Below, piece by piece: positions 36,536 to 48,046 of a stretch of 64,000 nt of DNA. The translations under genes and the position numbers were made by a program. The DNA is taken from positions 17,705 through 81,704 of the IMG/VR virus record IMGVR_UViG_3300029319_009496, one strand, 5' to 3'. The stretch is from a virus. Numbering within the stretch: the stretch's first letter is position 1; each line of letters opens with the position of its first letter. Below the pieces are notes generated by a model. It was not told the origin of the DNA and did no database searches. It worked only from the letters and a program-made list of their open reading frames with translations.

Positions 36536-39500
36536 ATGAGCATAAAAGATTTATTTAATAAAGGTTACTCTTTAAAATTTCTTAAAAGTAAAAATCAAGA
36601 CAATCTTAGAGAAGATTTAGAATCTAACAGGTTTATTGAGGCTTACTCAAAAAGAAGTCAAAGATTTTTTCCAGATGTTGATTTTACAACAGCTTCAAAT
36701 TTCGCTCGCTTTGGTTTAGCCGAGGAATATTATGACACTGCTATAAAAAGGATATATCAAACATATCCATATGATGGCTCTGCTGCAGAAAGAATTGAAT
36801 GGGAAAATGAAAGCACTTATTTAGATTTATTTATTTTTGAAAATGAATACCCAAGAACAAATGGCTTTGTTACTGTTAATAGTGCATCTCATACATACAC
36901 CAGTACTCGTCAAAATAATATTTATAGTAGTAGCTTGCCACAATATATCTCATTCAAAGGAGCACCAAAAGTTGACCCAAGAGGTGATTACAAAAGTCCT
37001 TTAGGGGCAGGCACAGCTCGGTCTGGAATATCCAAAGCTAATATATACGATACAGGCTCTCAAAGAACTAGCAACTTAGAATTTGATTTAGAAAAAGGTG
37101 TTACTGTAGAGTGCTGGATGAAAAAAGATGCTTGGGCAGGCCAAACCCCAAATGCTTGGGAAGTTATATTTAGTAATATTACAACTGGGTCAGTAGCAAG
37201 CGATAATTATATGATTATGTATGTTGCTGATTCATCAAAATCGACAGTATATGTAGAAATTAATTCAGGTTCAGTTAATCATACTTTTTCGCATAACACA
37301 GGCTTAACAGATATAGCTGACGGTTTATGGCATCATTACGCCTTGACTGCTAAAAAAACATCGACAGGAACTAAAACAGAATTATTTGTTGATGGTACAC
37401 ATATTTCTGAAATAGATACAAACAAATCATTTACCGCGTTTGACAATACTTTAGTTGGAGCAATAGGCGCCTTGGCCGCTCCGATAAAGCTCGGCCCGGG
37501 CAAGGTGCAGCTGACCCGAGCCGGCTGGGGAAATATTGTTCGTACATCATTTGATGAATTTAGATATTGGAAAACAGAAAGAAATGCAAAGCAAATTGGT
37601 AGATTTTGGAGAGATCAAATTGCAGGAGGTACCAACACTGACAATATAAAATATGATGACATTACAAACAAAGTTGATTTAGGTATATATTATAAATTTA
37701 ATGAAGGGATTGCAGCGATTCCAAGTACTGATTCTATCATTTTAGACTACTCTGGTAGAATATCCAATGGAATTTATGAAAACTACTCGGCAGCAAATTC
37801 TAGAAGCACTGAATCTGCAATGGTTTTAGCAGGAGCAGCAACTAAAGAATTTAAAGATCCAATATTATATGCCACACACCCAGCTGTTGCATCACTTATA
37901 GTAAATAAGAAAAAACTTGGTAAGATGCATGATTATTCTAATGCCGCTTCTTTGTATAAATCTTTACCTGGCTGGATAGCTGAAGAGGACGAAAAAGAGT
38001 CAAATCATTTAAAATACCTAACACAAATAATGGCTAGTTTTTTAGATGATTTGTATTTGCAAATTAAAAAAATACCAGAATTAAAAAACATAAATTATCC
38101 TGATGATAATTTATATGAAAAGCCACTTCCTTTTGCAGATAGATTGCTAGAAACTAGAGGATATGACGCCCCAGAGCTTTTTTCTCATGCCTCCGCTCTA
38201 GCACAGTTTTTGCAAAGAGATGAAAAAATTCTTTTTGAAAAAAAATTACAAGAAATAAAAAATATAATATATCAAAACATTTACAATAATTTATCTTATA
38301 TACAAAAATCTAAAGGAACTTTTAAATCTTTAAGAAACTTTTTAAGGTGTTTTGGAGTTGATGAAGAGCTGATAAAGCTTAATTTATATGCTAATAATGA
38401 TGAGTATGAATTTAAAGATAATTTTACCAACACTGCATTATCAAAAAAATATGTTGATTTTGATGATCTAGAAACAAGATTTAAATCTAATGGTAATTAT
38501 AATAATTCATTTACAGCGACTGCATATCAGTTTAAGTATGCATCAGTGAATAATTCAATATCATATATACCTGCTATAACAGAAACACAAATGAGCGGCG
38601 CCGCCCTCACAATCGAAGCAGAAATTATTTTTCCAAAAAGAAAATTAGCTGTTGATACTAATTTTGAAGTTTTTCCTTCCCTAACATCATCATTATTTGG
38701 ATTACATGCTGTTCCAGCATCAGATACAAATATTGCTTTTGCATCGGATGATACAATCAATTTTAATATTGTGGCCTTAAAGAACAGCGTCAATGAAAAG
38801 GACGCATCAATAGCGCTTATAACTTCTGGATCATCAAACATACTATCTGATTTAAAATCTACTTTATATACGAGTATATATGATAATCAAAAATGGAATT
38901 TAGCTTTTAGGTTAAGGCCAAAAAATATCTCAGTACCAAACTTTGTTGACGGCGCTGTTGGAAATTTAAATTCTGGCTACATATACGAATTATATGGAAA
39001 TAACTTTCTGTCAAATGAACTTCAAAATGAGTTTATTATTACTGGCTCATTAAATACAGCACAAGCAGCTAAATTTTTTACAAACCCTAAAAGAATATTT
39101 ATTGGATCGGCAAGAAAACATTTTACTGGAAGTGTCGAACTTTATTCAGACGTAAAAATATCATCTGTACGCGCATGGTACAATTATATTGATAATGAAA
39201 CTATGAGATTTCATGGTAAAAATTCTAAAACCTATGGCGCTAAAGATCCTTTTAAAAGTAGTGATTTAAACTATCAAAATAGTAATATTAAAATTCCTGA
39301 AATAAAAACTCTATTTCTTAACTGGACTATTGATAATGTTACAGGCTCTGATGCAAACGGTCAATTTTTAATAAATGATTTTTCATCTGGCTCTAATAGT
39401 ACAACAGATTATGGATATATATCTTCTCTTATAAATAAAAATTACACTGGTAGAGGAGATTTTTTTACTTCTGGTGCTGCATTTAGAGAAGAAGCTGTTG

Positions 39501-42385
39501 ATGTTGAGTTTGTACAAACAGCAAAACAAAAATTACCTGAAGTTGTTAATAGCGACGATATGATCAAAATTTTAAATAAGCAAGATGATGTTGTTTTCAC
39601 AAGAGACACAACTTACGTTCAACACCTCTTATCAGTTGAAAAAAGCATGTATCAGATTATATCTGAAGAGATGTTAAGATTTTTTGCATCAATCACAAGC
39701 TTTAACAATTTAATTGGGGAGCCAGTCAATAGATATAGGCCTAGATACAAAACGTTAGAAAAACTTAAACAATTATTTTTTGAAAGAGTTGAGACTGGCA
39801 TAGATCTAGAAAAGTTTATAGAATTTTATAAATGGATTGATGATGCTGTAACAATGATGATTGGTCAGTTGATTCCAGCTTCAGCAAATACAGTAGAACT
39901 ATTAAGAAATATGGTTGAAAGTCATATCTTAGAAAGAAATAAATATTTTACAAAATTTCCCACTTTAGAATTGTCAGATAAAAATATTATAGGATCAGCT
40001 AAGGCAATAGATGAATTAAAGTACAATTGGAAATTTGGCCATGCACCTTTAAATCAAAATCAAAATTCTAATCAGAATACAAATTGTTTATGGTGGAAAG
40101 AGCGCGCTGAGCGTGATGATGCTTTATCATCAGGTGTTACAGCAGTCGATAATGATAAAAATACAATACTAAAAGTTTATAATACTGATACCTCAGGCGC
40201 TTTTCTGCCGGTGCTTAAAACACAAGCTGGCGAAAAATATTTAAAATCCTATTATCATGATCGTTCTTTAACAAAACTACATGATTTAGTTTCTGATAGG
40301 AGCTTAAAATTAAAATCTGGCGCAAACTCACAACAACAAAACAGACACGATTTTTATAAAGGTATTATTAAGTGGGGAAGTGATGACGATTTTATTTATA
40401 TTGATGCCGACAATGAATTACCAAAAGTGGATTGCAATGATAAACATATTCCTGATGAAATAAACAAAAAACGTTTTTTAAGCACTGTGCTTACAATGCC
40501 AGCAACTGAATTGTCTGGCTCTAACTCATTGGGAACAGGCATCGCAGATAAAAAACCAACTGATGGTAAATCAACCTTACTGCTTCCGTTTAGTATGTAT
40601 TCATCCTCGATAAGCACTGGCTATAGATCTTCATACGTTGGCGGTACAATGCCAAAAATTGAATTTGCTAACATCCATGAAGACAAATATGGACTTGATG
40701 CAGAAATACCAATGCAGGGGCCATTCACAGAAAAATATGTTGGAGGCATGCAACATCGCCACATCAAACTGAATCAGGGCTCTGATAATGACTTAAATAG
40801 GGCAGAAGGATGGCATATAGAGCCGTTTTTAGATTTAAGCGCCGATAAAGATATTTTAGATCAAACATTTGATACTGCTACTACAACACCATCGGAAGAC
40901 ACACATTTTCTTCCATTGCCAGCTGGCTCTGCAACTGGCGACCCAAGTCCTTTTGAGTATTGGAAAAATGGTGTAGGCGCAGATAATCAATGGTCGTTTA
41001 TATCAGGCCCTACGCCCTCTGCTGGAACTGGGCCCTCTGGCGGTTCTTTTGGGTCAAATGGCTATGCATATTGCGAAGTTCTGCCATCTAGGGTTGGTCA
41101 AACATTCTCGTTAGTGTCACCTCTGATAGACTTTTTAGATATTTCAGCTGAATCTAGAATATTATTCACTTTCCTTTATCATATGCATGGTGTACACATA
41201 GGAAATTTAGTTGTTCAAGCTAGCGAAGATTCTAGTTTTACTACTGGTGTAAAAAATTTGAATGTAAGGTGGTACGATTCATCTGGCCTTAACTTTACAA
41301 CTTCAAATGTTATCTCCGGGCAACAACAAACTTCACCAACTGAGGCTTTCCGTGTCGCTGCAGCTGGCGTAAATATGAGTTCGCCCGCAGCACTTGGGCC
41401 TGATGATGGTTTAAATAGTTTTATTGGAAAGCGTTTTTATATAAGGTTTTTATACACAGCGGGAATATCTCATTTAGGTGATCTTGCTATCGATCGCGTA
41501 AGAATTTATAAGGCCGGCACTACTACAGAATCATTATATGGAGATGTATTTCAAAATTCATTCAAGCTTCTACACCCAACTTATGATGATCACAATCGAC
41601 CATATGCAACTTTAAGCAGAGATAACCTAGCTAAAAGCCCAATTAATATTAAGAATATTCATATGACAGGAAGTTCACCTACAGTAGCAGGAAACTTTCT
41701 TAATAGATATGAATACATCAACACAGTAAGTCCGGAAGCTAACGACCCATTTTTTGTTAAAAATATTGGCAGTATAACACAAACTCATCCTGAAATTCCC
41801 TTAATTAATAAAATAGAAACAATATTATTAACTCCTGCATCCGAGACTACGGGCAGAACTAGCCTATCAGCTTTTCGTAATTTTACTTTACCCGATAGAT
41901 CTTTCATATCTGGAAGCACTATAAAAAATAGAACTAGAATAATGAGTAGATTTAGTTCACCCGGTGGTTTTGAAACAACAACTAGAGGATTTTTAGATCC
42001 GGCCCATGAGACTTATTCAGTTTATAATGCATTAAATTATAAAAATTTATCACCAAGAATAGTTTTTAATACACAGCTCCAAGCCCACTGTGGCCAGTTT
42101 GGTGCCAGCACACATGGCACTGGCTCAACATCAGCTAGAATTTTTGGAAATACATTATTAGAAAAAACTGGTACAATAAATGCCCTGGATTATCAATTAG
42201 CAGGCGATGCTGCAAAGCACAAATATCATAGAAATAATATTGAAAGATTAAAACTAACTGGCGCGTCATCTGATTTTTCGAAAATGACAGCAATTACTGC
42301 TTCCTCTTTCGATAACGCTTTTGTGTCTCATATGATTCCAAGAACTGATAAACAAACAAGATGGATAACAGCGTCGTTAATTTAA
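36536..42385 (+). CDS. Baseplate wedge (gp7-like) protein with LamG/ConA-like and MAM domains
   Basis: TVECWMK...DGLWHHYALT...LFVDG...FDEFRYW (LamG); KSKGTFKSLRNFLRCFG (wedge/P2 gpI-like); SGPTPSAGTGP...YHMHG..IGNL...GDLAIDRV (MAM). Confidence 0.75.
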   Translation: MSIKDLFNKGYSLKFLKSKNQDNLREDLESNRFIEAYSKRSQRFFPDVDFTTASNFARFGLAEEYYDTAIKRIYQTYPYDGSAAERIEWENESTYLDLFIFENEYPRTNGFVTVNSASHTYTSTRQNNIYSSSLPQYISFKGAPKVDPRGDYKSPLGAGTARSGISKANIYDTGSQRTSNLEFDLEKGVTVECWMKKDAWAGQTPNAWEVIFSNITTGSVASDNYMIMYVADSSKSTVYVEINSGSVNHTFSHNTGLTDIADGLWHHYALTAKKTSTGTKTELFVDGTHISEIDTNKSFTAFDNTLVGAIGALAAPIKLGPGKVQLTRAGWGNIVRTSFDEFRYWKTERNAKQIGRFWRDQIAGGTNTDNIKYDDITNKVDLGIYYKFNEGIAAIPSTDSIILDYSGRISNGIYENYSAANSRSTESAMVLAGAATKEFKDPILYATHPAVASLIVNKKKLGKMHDYSNAASLYKSLPGWIAEEDEKESNHLKYLTQIMASFLDDLYLQIKKIPELKNINYPDDNLYEKPLPFADRLLETRGYDAPELFSHASALAQFLQRDEKILFEKKLQEIKNIIYQNIYNNLSYIQKSKGTFKSLRNFLRCFGVDEELIKLNLYANNDEYEFKDNFTNTALSKKYVDFDDLETRFKSNGNYNNSFTATAYQFKYASVNNSISYIPAITETQMSGAALTIEAEIIFPKRKLAVDTNFEVFPSLTSSLFGLHAVPASDTNIAFASDDTINFNIVALKNSVNEKDASIALITSGSSNILSDLKSTLYTSIYDNQKWNLAFRLRPKNISVPNFVDGAVGNLNSGYIYELYGNNFLSNELQNEFIITGSLNTAQAAKFFTNPKRIFIGSARKHFTGSVELYSDVKISSVRAWYNYIDNETMRFHGKNSKTYGAKDPFKSSDLNYQNSNIKIPEIKTLFLNWTIDNVTGSDANGQFLINDFSSGSNSTTDYGYISSLINKNYTGRGDFFTSGAAFREEAVDVEFVQTAKQKLPEVVNSDDMIKILNKQDDVVFTRDTTYVQHLLSVEKSMYQIISEEMLRFFASITSFNNLIGEPVNRYRPRYKTLEKLKQLFFERVETGIDLEKFIEFYKWIDDAVTMMIGQLIPASANTVELLRNMVESHILERNKYFTKFPTLELSDKNIIGSAKAIDELKYNWKFGHAPLNQNQNSNQNTNCLWWKERAERDDALSSGVTAVDNDKNTILKVYNTDTSGAFLPVLKTQAGEKYLKSYYHDRSLTKLHDLVSDRSLKLKSGANSQQQNRHDFYKGIIKWGSDDDFIYIDADNELPKVDCNDKHIPDEINKKRFLSTVLTMPATELSGSNSLGTGIADKKPTDGKSTLLLPFSMYSSSISTGYRSSYVGGTMPKIEFANIHEDKYGLDAEIPMQGPFTEKYVGGMQHRHIKLNQGSDNDLNRAEGWHIEPFLDLSADKDILDQTFDTATTTPSEDTHFLPLPAGSATGDPSPFEYWKNGVGADNQWSFISGPTPSAGTGPSGGSFGSNGYAYCEVLPSRVGQTFSLVSPLIDFLDISAESRILFTFLYHMHGVHIGNLVVQASEDSSFTTGVKNLNVRWYDSSGLNFTTSNVISGQQQTSPTEAFRVAAAGVNMSSPAALGPDDGLNSFIGKRFYIRFLYTAGISHLGDLAIDRVRIYKAGTTTESLYGDVFQNSFKLLHPTYDDHNRPYATLSRDNLAKSPINIKNIHMTGSSPTVAGNFLNRYEYINTVSPEANDPFFVKNIGSITQTHPEIPLINKIETILLTPASETTGRTSLSAFRNFTLPDRSFISGSTIKNRTRIMSRFSSPGGFETTTRGFLDPAHETYSVYNALNYKNLSPRIVFNTQLQAHCGQFGASTHGTGSTSARIFGNTLLEKTGTINALDYQLAGDAAKHKYHRNNIERLKLTGASSDFSKMTAITASSFDNAFVSHMIPRTDKQTRWITASLI

Positions 42386-42391
42386 TATATA

Positions 42392-42402
42392 ATCTAATTA
42401 TA
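42392..42402 (+). promoter_or_regulatory. Putative phage late promoter (ATCTAATTATA)
   Basis: CTAWTTAT copy in a 36-nt intergenic gap, followed by AGGA. Confidence 0.45.
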
Positions 42403-42421
42403 CAATAGGAAAAGGTTTAAA

Positions 42422-45400
42422 ATGGCAATAAGCGGATCATTAAATTTTATAAGCGCCAGCTCTACAGGCTCTAATAACATTAAAGTGGATTTTGTAGGCT
42501 TAAACACTTTAGTAGTCGACCCAGTTTCTGCTTCTACAAATCAATTAGGGTACAATCAAGAAAAAACAGCAGGCATATATTTTAATAATAGTATTGAATC
42601 AATTTACCCTGCTGAAGGTGGTGAATTAAATAGCATACTTTTAAATCGAAACGGACCATATCAACACCCCTCTTGGAAGCAATATCGAAACGCTAATCAT
42701 CCTGTCGCTAGAAGTTTGCGCTTAGCTAACACAATGTCGTTTGAAACTAAAGAGCCTAATCCTTTAAAATTAGAAGAAAGGAAAAAAAACTTAAGAGATT
42801 CTATCGATAATGATAAATATTATTCACATTATGAGCTTTTTGGCAAAAATGTTTTTGATGTTATAAACGAGACGATTATAGAGGGAGCTGGTGACGTTAT
42901 TGATAAAGGGACACCTGTGTTGGCACAATTTTATGAGCCAGTTATAACAACAAAGCATTCACCTTTTATATATGAAAGAGGACTTCTTGTAGGAAGACTA
43001 TCTTTAATGAATCAAATTGCTGATTTCTCTAATCAAAATATTAATAGCCTTTTAAAATTAGCTTCTGGTAATCCTAAGACAGGTTCTCAAATATCACCAC
43101 ACACTCTCAGTAATGATGAAGTATATAAACTATTTCATTTAATTAAAAAACACCAAGGTCGTAATTTTGTTTATTCAGAAACTTTATATCCAAAAGACAT
43201 TAACTCGTATAGAGGGTTCAAACTACAAAAAGGTGATTATGAACAAGTGCCTGGACTTGGAAAAAATGGCTATGATGCCGCAACACATAGATTATTTTGG
43301 AAAAATTCACAACCTAGTAGGGCAAGAAATTTAACATCTGATGGTACCACACGCGTAAGAACTGACGGAGTGGCTTTAAATACCATAGAAACTTTGCAAA
43401 CACTTAAGCCTGACAAAGAATATAGCTTTGCAAATTCAACTTCTAGACAATTAATATCTTCATCTCTTTGGCAACTGAGTGGTTCTAATCCAAATTCATT
43501 TCCTAGTTATGGAACAAAAATATTAACTTCGAGTATTTTAGCTAATGTAGCTAAAGGTACTAATCCTAGCGCCAACCCTACTTTTATTGTGCCTTCAATA
43601 TCTACTCACCTGGTAGAATATACAACAAATGGTATTGTTGTTAATCCAGTAGCTGCTGGTTATAGCTCTGGAGCCTTCTTTCAAAGAACTGCGTACCAGC
43701 CTTATCCCATATCTTTATTAAGTGCTTGGCCACTAGATACTAGAGATGATGTATATGATTTTAGCAATGTGTACTTATCATCTGATTTAGGTGGGCAAGG
43801 TCGACATATTGGTTTGACACCCTTTAACGGTGCAGGCTCTAATATTCTAATTGAATCAGGTGCCAGTGGAATTAAAGCTTTTAACACTGGTACCTTTGCT
43901 GGAAAATTATCCGTTATGGCAACTGCCTCAGCAGGAGAATTAGTATATAGCACCAAACCAACCATATTTTTCTGGAGAAACTCCACAGCCGCAGCACAAT
44001 CAGAATTAATTTTGTCAGGCACCACCATGGGCAAGCTTAATTGTCACAGTGGAACTTTTGAACTTCAAGATGCTCAAGGAAATCGTGTTCCATATATGTT
44101 TGATAAAAATCTTTCTGTTGCAGATGGAACTCGAAGAATTAGAACCGTCGACGGTAAAGAAGTTCTTGTTATTATTGTTGGACTTGATGGCATCACTACC
44201 ACTGGTCAAAGTCATCATCAAATCATGGTAAGAGCAGCTAGCACTATTAATGGCACTACTGCTACAGGCAATGGCTTTACTTTAAATATTACAGCCACTG
44301 CAAGTGCGAACACAGTTACATTTAAACAAACAACACCAGGCACCGGAAAATCAATTAAAGTTGGAAAATATGTATTTCCTACAGCCTCAGGTTTAACTTT
44401 TCTCCGGGGCCCAGCCGGCTCAACTACAGCAGGTGATTTTTTTGCTGCAACAGAAAACGGAAGCACTGGATCTTTAGATAATGATGCATTTCAAGGCTAT
44501 CGATATCCTACTGCATCAATGCAATACAATAGGCATACTTTCCCCTACAACACTCCTTTTTATGTAACTAATCGTGTTAGAGAAAGAGATCCTTTTTATA
44601 ATTCTTATTCTGATTATTCAACTCATTTTGATCTTTTAGGTAAAGATCATTCTATTCTGCCAGAATTTAAATTTTCAGATCATGCAGATTTTTATACTAA
44701 TTTATATCAATTTTCGATTATTAATAATGATAATTTGTTTATTAAGGAACAAGTTGGAAATAAATACAAATTTGTTAGAAATGTACAATTAGGTTCTCTT
44801 AAGGCAGATACACAAAAATTTATTCACAAGCCTAATTTTCTTAGAATTGATGGTGCAGAAGTCACCTCAAGCGCTAGCGGAAGCACTCCTGAAAAATCTA
44901 CAAACAGATATGAATATGATGATATTTCAGGAGCTAAACTGATATCTACAAACGAAGAAGATAAGTTTACTTATAAAAACAATCAAATTAACGTTGCTTT
45001 TGATGGTAAATTTGCAAACACTGATACGTTGATTAATTTTTCTAGCGTTATGACACAACAGGGCTTAGGCTTTGAAGATGATGTAAGAACAATTCCTGAA
45101 CAAATTAATTTTGAAGCTACAGCAATTAAAAAACTATTGCCTTACAATGGATTCTATCCAGTTTTACGTACTTTGCAAATTGGTAATGCATTTAAAAAAG
45201 ATTGGACTGGTGCTGAAGGATATGAAGGTGCTATGGATCAGATACCAGTTGGCCAAGGATCACAAGCACAAGCTCACCTTCAAGCGTTACTTGAGCCCTT
45301 TATGGCGCCTGGTATTTTATATAATTCTATTAAATCTGGCATAGCTGTTAATTATCCAATTTATACTGGATCAGTTAAATATTATTATCCAAATGATTTT

Positions 45401-48046
45401 GTTACCAATAATACATCATCTGCTACACAGAAAAAAGAATTTGGTATGCAGCCAGAGGCGATATCATCTTCTTTTCATGGCGGTTTATACATGATGGGTA
45501 GCTCTAGGTGTATACCATCCATTTTAACTTCAAAACCTCATTTAAAACTTCCATTTAAGGCTTTATACGATTCTAAAGAAGACACTGTAAGAAATATTTT
45601 AGCTGGTGCAGGAACTCAGGGTGAAAGACCATTTATTCACTTACCTTCTGATTTTGTAGATTTAGATAGAGCACATTCTAGACACAATGATATATATGAA
45701 GGCAAGCCATCGTACACACAAGGTGAATATTTAATAGGTGAGCCAAAAGTTAAAATTCCAAATAGCGAAACGGGTATGGCTAGAGTCGAAGCTGGAACGT
45801 ACTATCAAAAAATAAATAATTTCTTATCTGAAACAATGGAATTTTTCTTGGCAGATGTTAATGGATCAAAACTTCCTGTAGCGCTTTCTAATTTAACTGA
45901 AACAAGCGCCAATACTTTTTATAAGAATGGCGCTAACTTTTTTATGAACTTGTCTTTAAGGATGGGCAAACATCAAGTTTCTTGTGAAGGTCCACGTCGA
46001 GCCGGAATTGGTAACCCACAATCTGCATTTGATCAGCTAGCAACTGACAAAGGGTATTTCCTAAGAAACTCAACTATGAGAGGCTACATATATGGACCTC
46101 CAATTGAAATAGTTCCTAGAATTTCTGGCACTATAACCTGGACACCAGATATAGGAAAATCAAAAAAAGATGCAGGAATTGCAAAGCATGATTATGCATC
46201 ATATTTTGCTGCTAACTTACAAGATCCAGCTTACCACGCTTACACTCCGCCATATTTCTATGGTAAAAGCAATTTTATTTATAAATATACTGGTGTCGGA
46301 TCACCAAAAAATCTATCAGAGGTCGTTGCTAGTTTAAATAATTCTTTTTATCTAGATGAGTATTCAAATCAAACTTTAACTGGCAGTACTATCAATAATT
46401 ACATTTTACATACAGACTCACTTTGCCTTACTACGCCAAGCACAGGTTCAGTTTCGAGTGGGTCTTTAGTTAGAATGAAAACAGATGCAAGTATTGAAAT
46501 TTTATCTTCACCTGTTGAAATACAAACAAGTCAATTTTTAAGTGTTGGAAACGATTCTTTTGCTTCAGAAAAAACACATCATGTTTGGTACGTCGCGCCA
46601 CATTGGGTTTGCCCAGTATTAGATTTTTCTTCTTCTATTTCTTTCGTTGATGAAAAAACAAAAAATAATTTACCTGGAGAAAACGCTCAATTTTCAGTAA
46701 CGCCAAAAAGAATTAGCAACTCTTTTCATGATTTTAAAACAGGCCGCGGCTTATGGGGTGGTTATGGAATAGACCCATATGATTCAGATAAAGTTACAAA
46801 ATCAATGACAGGATTAGGTTATTCTGAGGAAAAACAAATAGATATTGCATCTGGAAAAGGCATATACATGGAAATAAGTGATTTTTCCTTGAATGGTAGC
46901 GGAGAAAATATTGTACCTCAAAGTGTTATTTTTCAAGACGCAACAGATGATTCAAAATATTTTGAAAATATAGAATCCTCATTCTTTGCACAAAGCGATT
47001 CTCTAACTGATAAATTAGGATTTGAAAAAAAATCATACCCAATTGGAAAAATTGCAGAGCAAAAAAATGTTAAAGAAGGGATTGTTTTAATACCTTATCT
47101 TGAGGAACAAATTATTATACATTTGCAGGAAGAGTATTTTACTGAAGGTATATATGATAGAAGATCTCTTTATACAACTCGTGAATTAATTCCTGGTAAA
47201 CACTTTTTACCAATTCATGATGCTTTGCTGGAAAATATATTAAATTTACACATGGTTGAAAAACTTCAACAAATTTCTAAAGGCGCTTTAAATAGTTTCA
47301 TTGGTGAAGGTGATGGCAACGAAGCTGCTCGTCACGAAATGCTTGAAGAAACAGATGTTGGAAGATTAATTTCTAAGCTATCAGTTTTTTCTGATCATGG
47401 TGGCTATTCTTTACCTCCGGAATTTGATTTTGTGCATAATAAATCTGTACCTCCATTTCAAATGATTTTGATAGAAATGAATCATACATTTGACAAGCAA
47501 GATCTATTGGATATATATCAGGGTATAATGCCACATAGTGCTAAAAATGCTGAAAAAATAAAAATTTCTGATTTTATTAGACCAGGATATTCACCAGCAA
47601 ACACTTCCTTTATCCCAAAACATGGATTTGAAGATGTTTTTGAAGGGTCAGCTTTAGAAAATTTTGGTATTACAAACTTTTTATCCCCATTATTAGCGAC
47701 AACATCAGAAACTTTAGCACAGCCATTTTTTAACGTTGTGCACCCAGGAACTTTTAAAGTACCTTTTAAAAATCATGCCGAGTTTTATAAAAATTTGAAA
47801 TTTATGGTATTTAAAGTTAAGCAGAGAGCAAAAAAAGATTATGGTAATTATAGAAAAGAACAAATTAACAGAACAATACTTAAGCAAAAAAGTGATATAT
47901 TAGCTGATCAAAACATAGTTGGTGAATTTTTTGATTTCTTTAAAAACAAACAAGTTAAAGATGTATATGGTTCGAATTGGCCATATGATTTCTTTTCAAT
48001 GATGGAAACAGCAAAAATAGATATTCAATTTGAGGTAAAAAAATAA
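42422..48046 (+). CDS. Large virion structural protein (1874 aa), Ser/Thr/Gly-rich
   Basis: Long ORF in the structural module; many TGS/SGS/TAS motifs; shares a module with 34550..36517. Confidence 0.7.
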   Translation: MAISGSLNFISASSTGSNNIKVDFVGLNTLVVDPVSASTNQLGYNQEKTAGIYFNNSIESIYPAEGGELNSILLNRNGPYQHPSWKQYRNANHPVARSLRLANTMSFETKEPNPLKLEERKKNLRDSIDNDKYYSHYELFGKNVFDVINETIIEGAGDVIDKGTPVLAQFYEPVITTKHSPFIYERGLLVGRLSLMNQIADFSNQNINSLLKLASGNPKTGSQISPHTLSNDEVYKLFHLIKKHQGRNFVYSETLYPKDINSYRGFKLQKGDYEQVPGLGKNGYDAATHRLFWKNSQPSRARNLTSDGTTRVRTDGVALNTIETLQTLKPDKEYSFANSTSRQLISSSLWQLSGSNPNSFPSYGTKILTSSILANVAKGTNPSANPTFIVPSISTHLVEYTTNGIVVNPVAAGYSSGAFFQRTAYQPYPISLLSAWPLDTRDDVYDFSNVYLSSDLGGQGRHIGLTPFNGAGSNILIESGASGIKAFNTGTFAGKLSVMATASAGELVYSTKPTIFFWRNSTAAAQSELILSGTTMGKLNCHSGTFELQDAQGNRVPYMFDKNLSVADGTRRIRTVDGKEVLVIIVGLDGITTTGQSHHQIMVRAASTINGTTATGNGFTLNITATASANTVTFKQTTPGTGKSIKVGKYVFPTASGLTFLRGPAGSTTAGDFFAATENGSTGSLDNDAFQGYRYPTASMQYNRHTFPYNTPFYVTNRVRERDPFYNSYSDYSTHFDLLGKDHSILPEFKFSDHADFYTNLYQFSIINNDNLFIKEQVGNKYKFVRNVQLGSLKADTQKFIHKPNFLRIDGAEVTSSASGSTPEKSTNRYEYDDISGAKLISTNEEDKFTYKNNQINVAFDGKFANTDTLINFSSVMTQQGLGFEDDVRTIPEQINFEATAIKKLLPYNGFYPVLRTLQIGNAFKKDWTGAEGYEGAMDQIPVGQGSQAQAHLQALLEPFMAPGILYNSIKSGIAVNYPIYTGSVKYYYPNDFVTNNTSSATQKKEFGMQPEAISSSFHGGLYMMGSSRCIPSILTSKPHLKLPFKALYDSKEDTVRNILAGAGTQGERPFIHLPSDFVDLDRAHSRHNDIYEGKPSYTQGEYLIGEPKVKIPNSETGMARVEAGTYYQKINNFLSETMEFFLADVNGSKLPVALSNLTETSANTFYKNGANFFMNLSLRMGKHQVSCEGPRRAGIGNPQSAFDQLATDKGYFLRNSTMRGYIYGPPIEIVPRISGTITWTPDIGKSKKDAGIAKHDYASYFAANLQDPAYHAYTPPYFYGKSNFIYKYTGVGSPKNLSEVVASLNNSFYLDEYSNQTLTGSTINNYILHTDSLCLTTPSTGSVSSGSLVRMKTDASIEILSSPVEIQTSQFLSVGNDSFASEKTHHVWYVAPHWVCPVLDFSSSISFVDEKTKNNLPGENAQFSVTPKRISNSFHDFKTGRGLWGGYGIDPYDSDKVTKSMTGLGYSEEKQIDIASGKGIYMEISDFSLNGSGENIVPQSVIFQDATDDSKYFENIESSFFAQSDSLTDKLGFEKKSYPIGKIAEQKNVKEGIVLIPYLEEQIIIHLQEEYFTEGIYDRRSLYTTRELIPGKHFLPIHDALLENILNLHMVEKLQQISKGALNSFIGEGDGNEAARHEMLEETDVGRLISKLSVFSDHGGYSLPPEFDFVHNKSVPPFQMILIEMNHTFDKQDLLDIYQGIMPHSAKNAEKIKISDFIRPGYSPANTSFIPKHGFEDVFEGSALENFGITNFLSPLLATTSETLAQPFFNVVHPGTFKVPFKNHAEFYKNLKFMVFKVKQRAKKDYGNYRKEQINRTILKQKSDILADQNIVGEFFDFFKNKQVKDVYGSNWPYDFFSMMETAKIDIQFEVKK

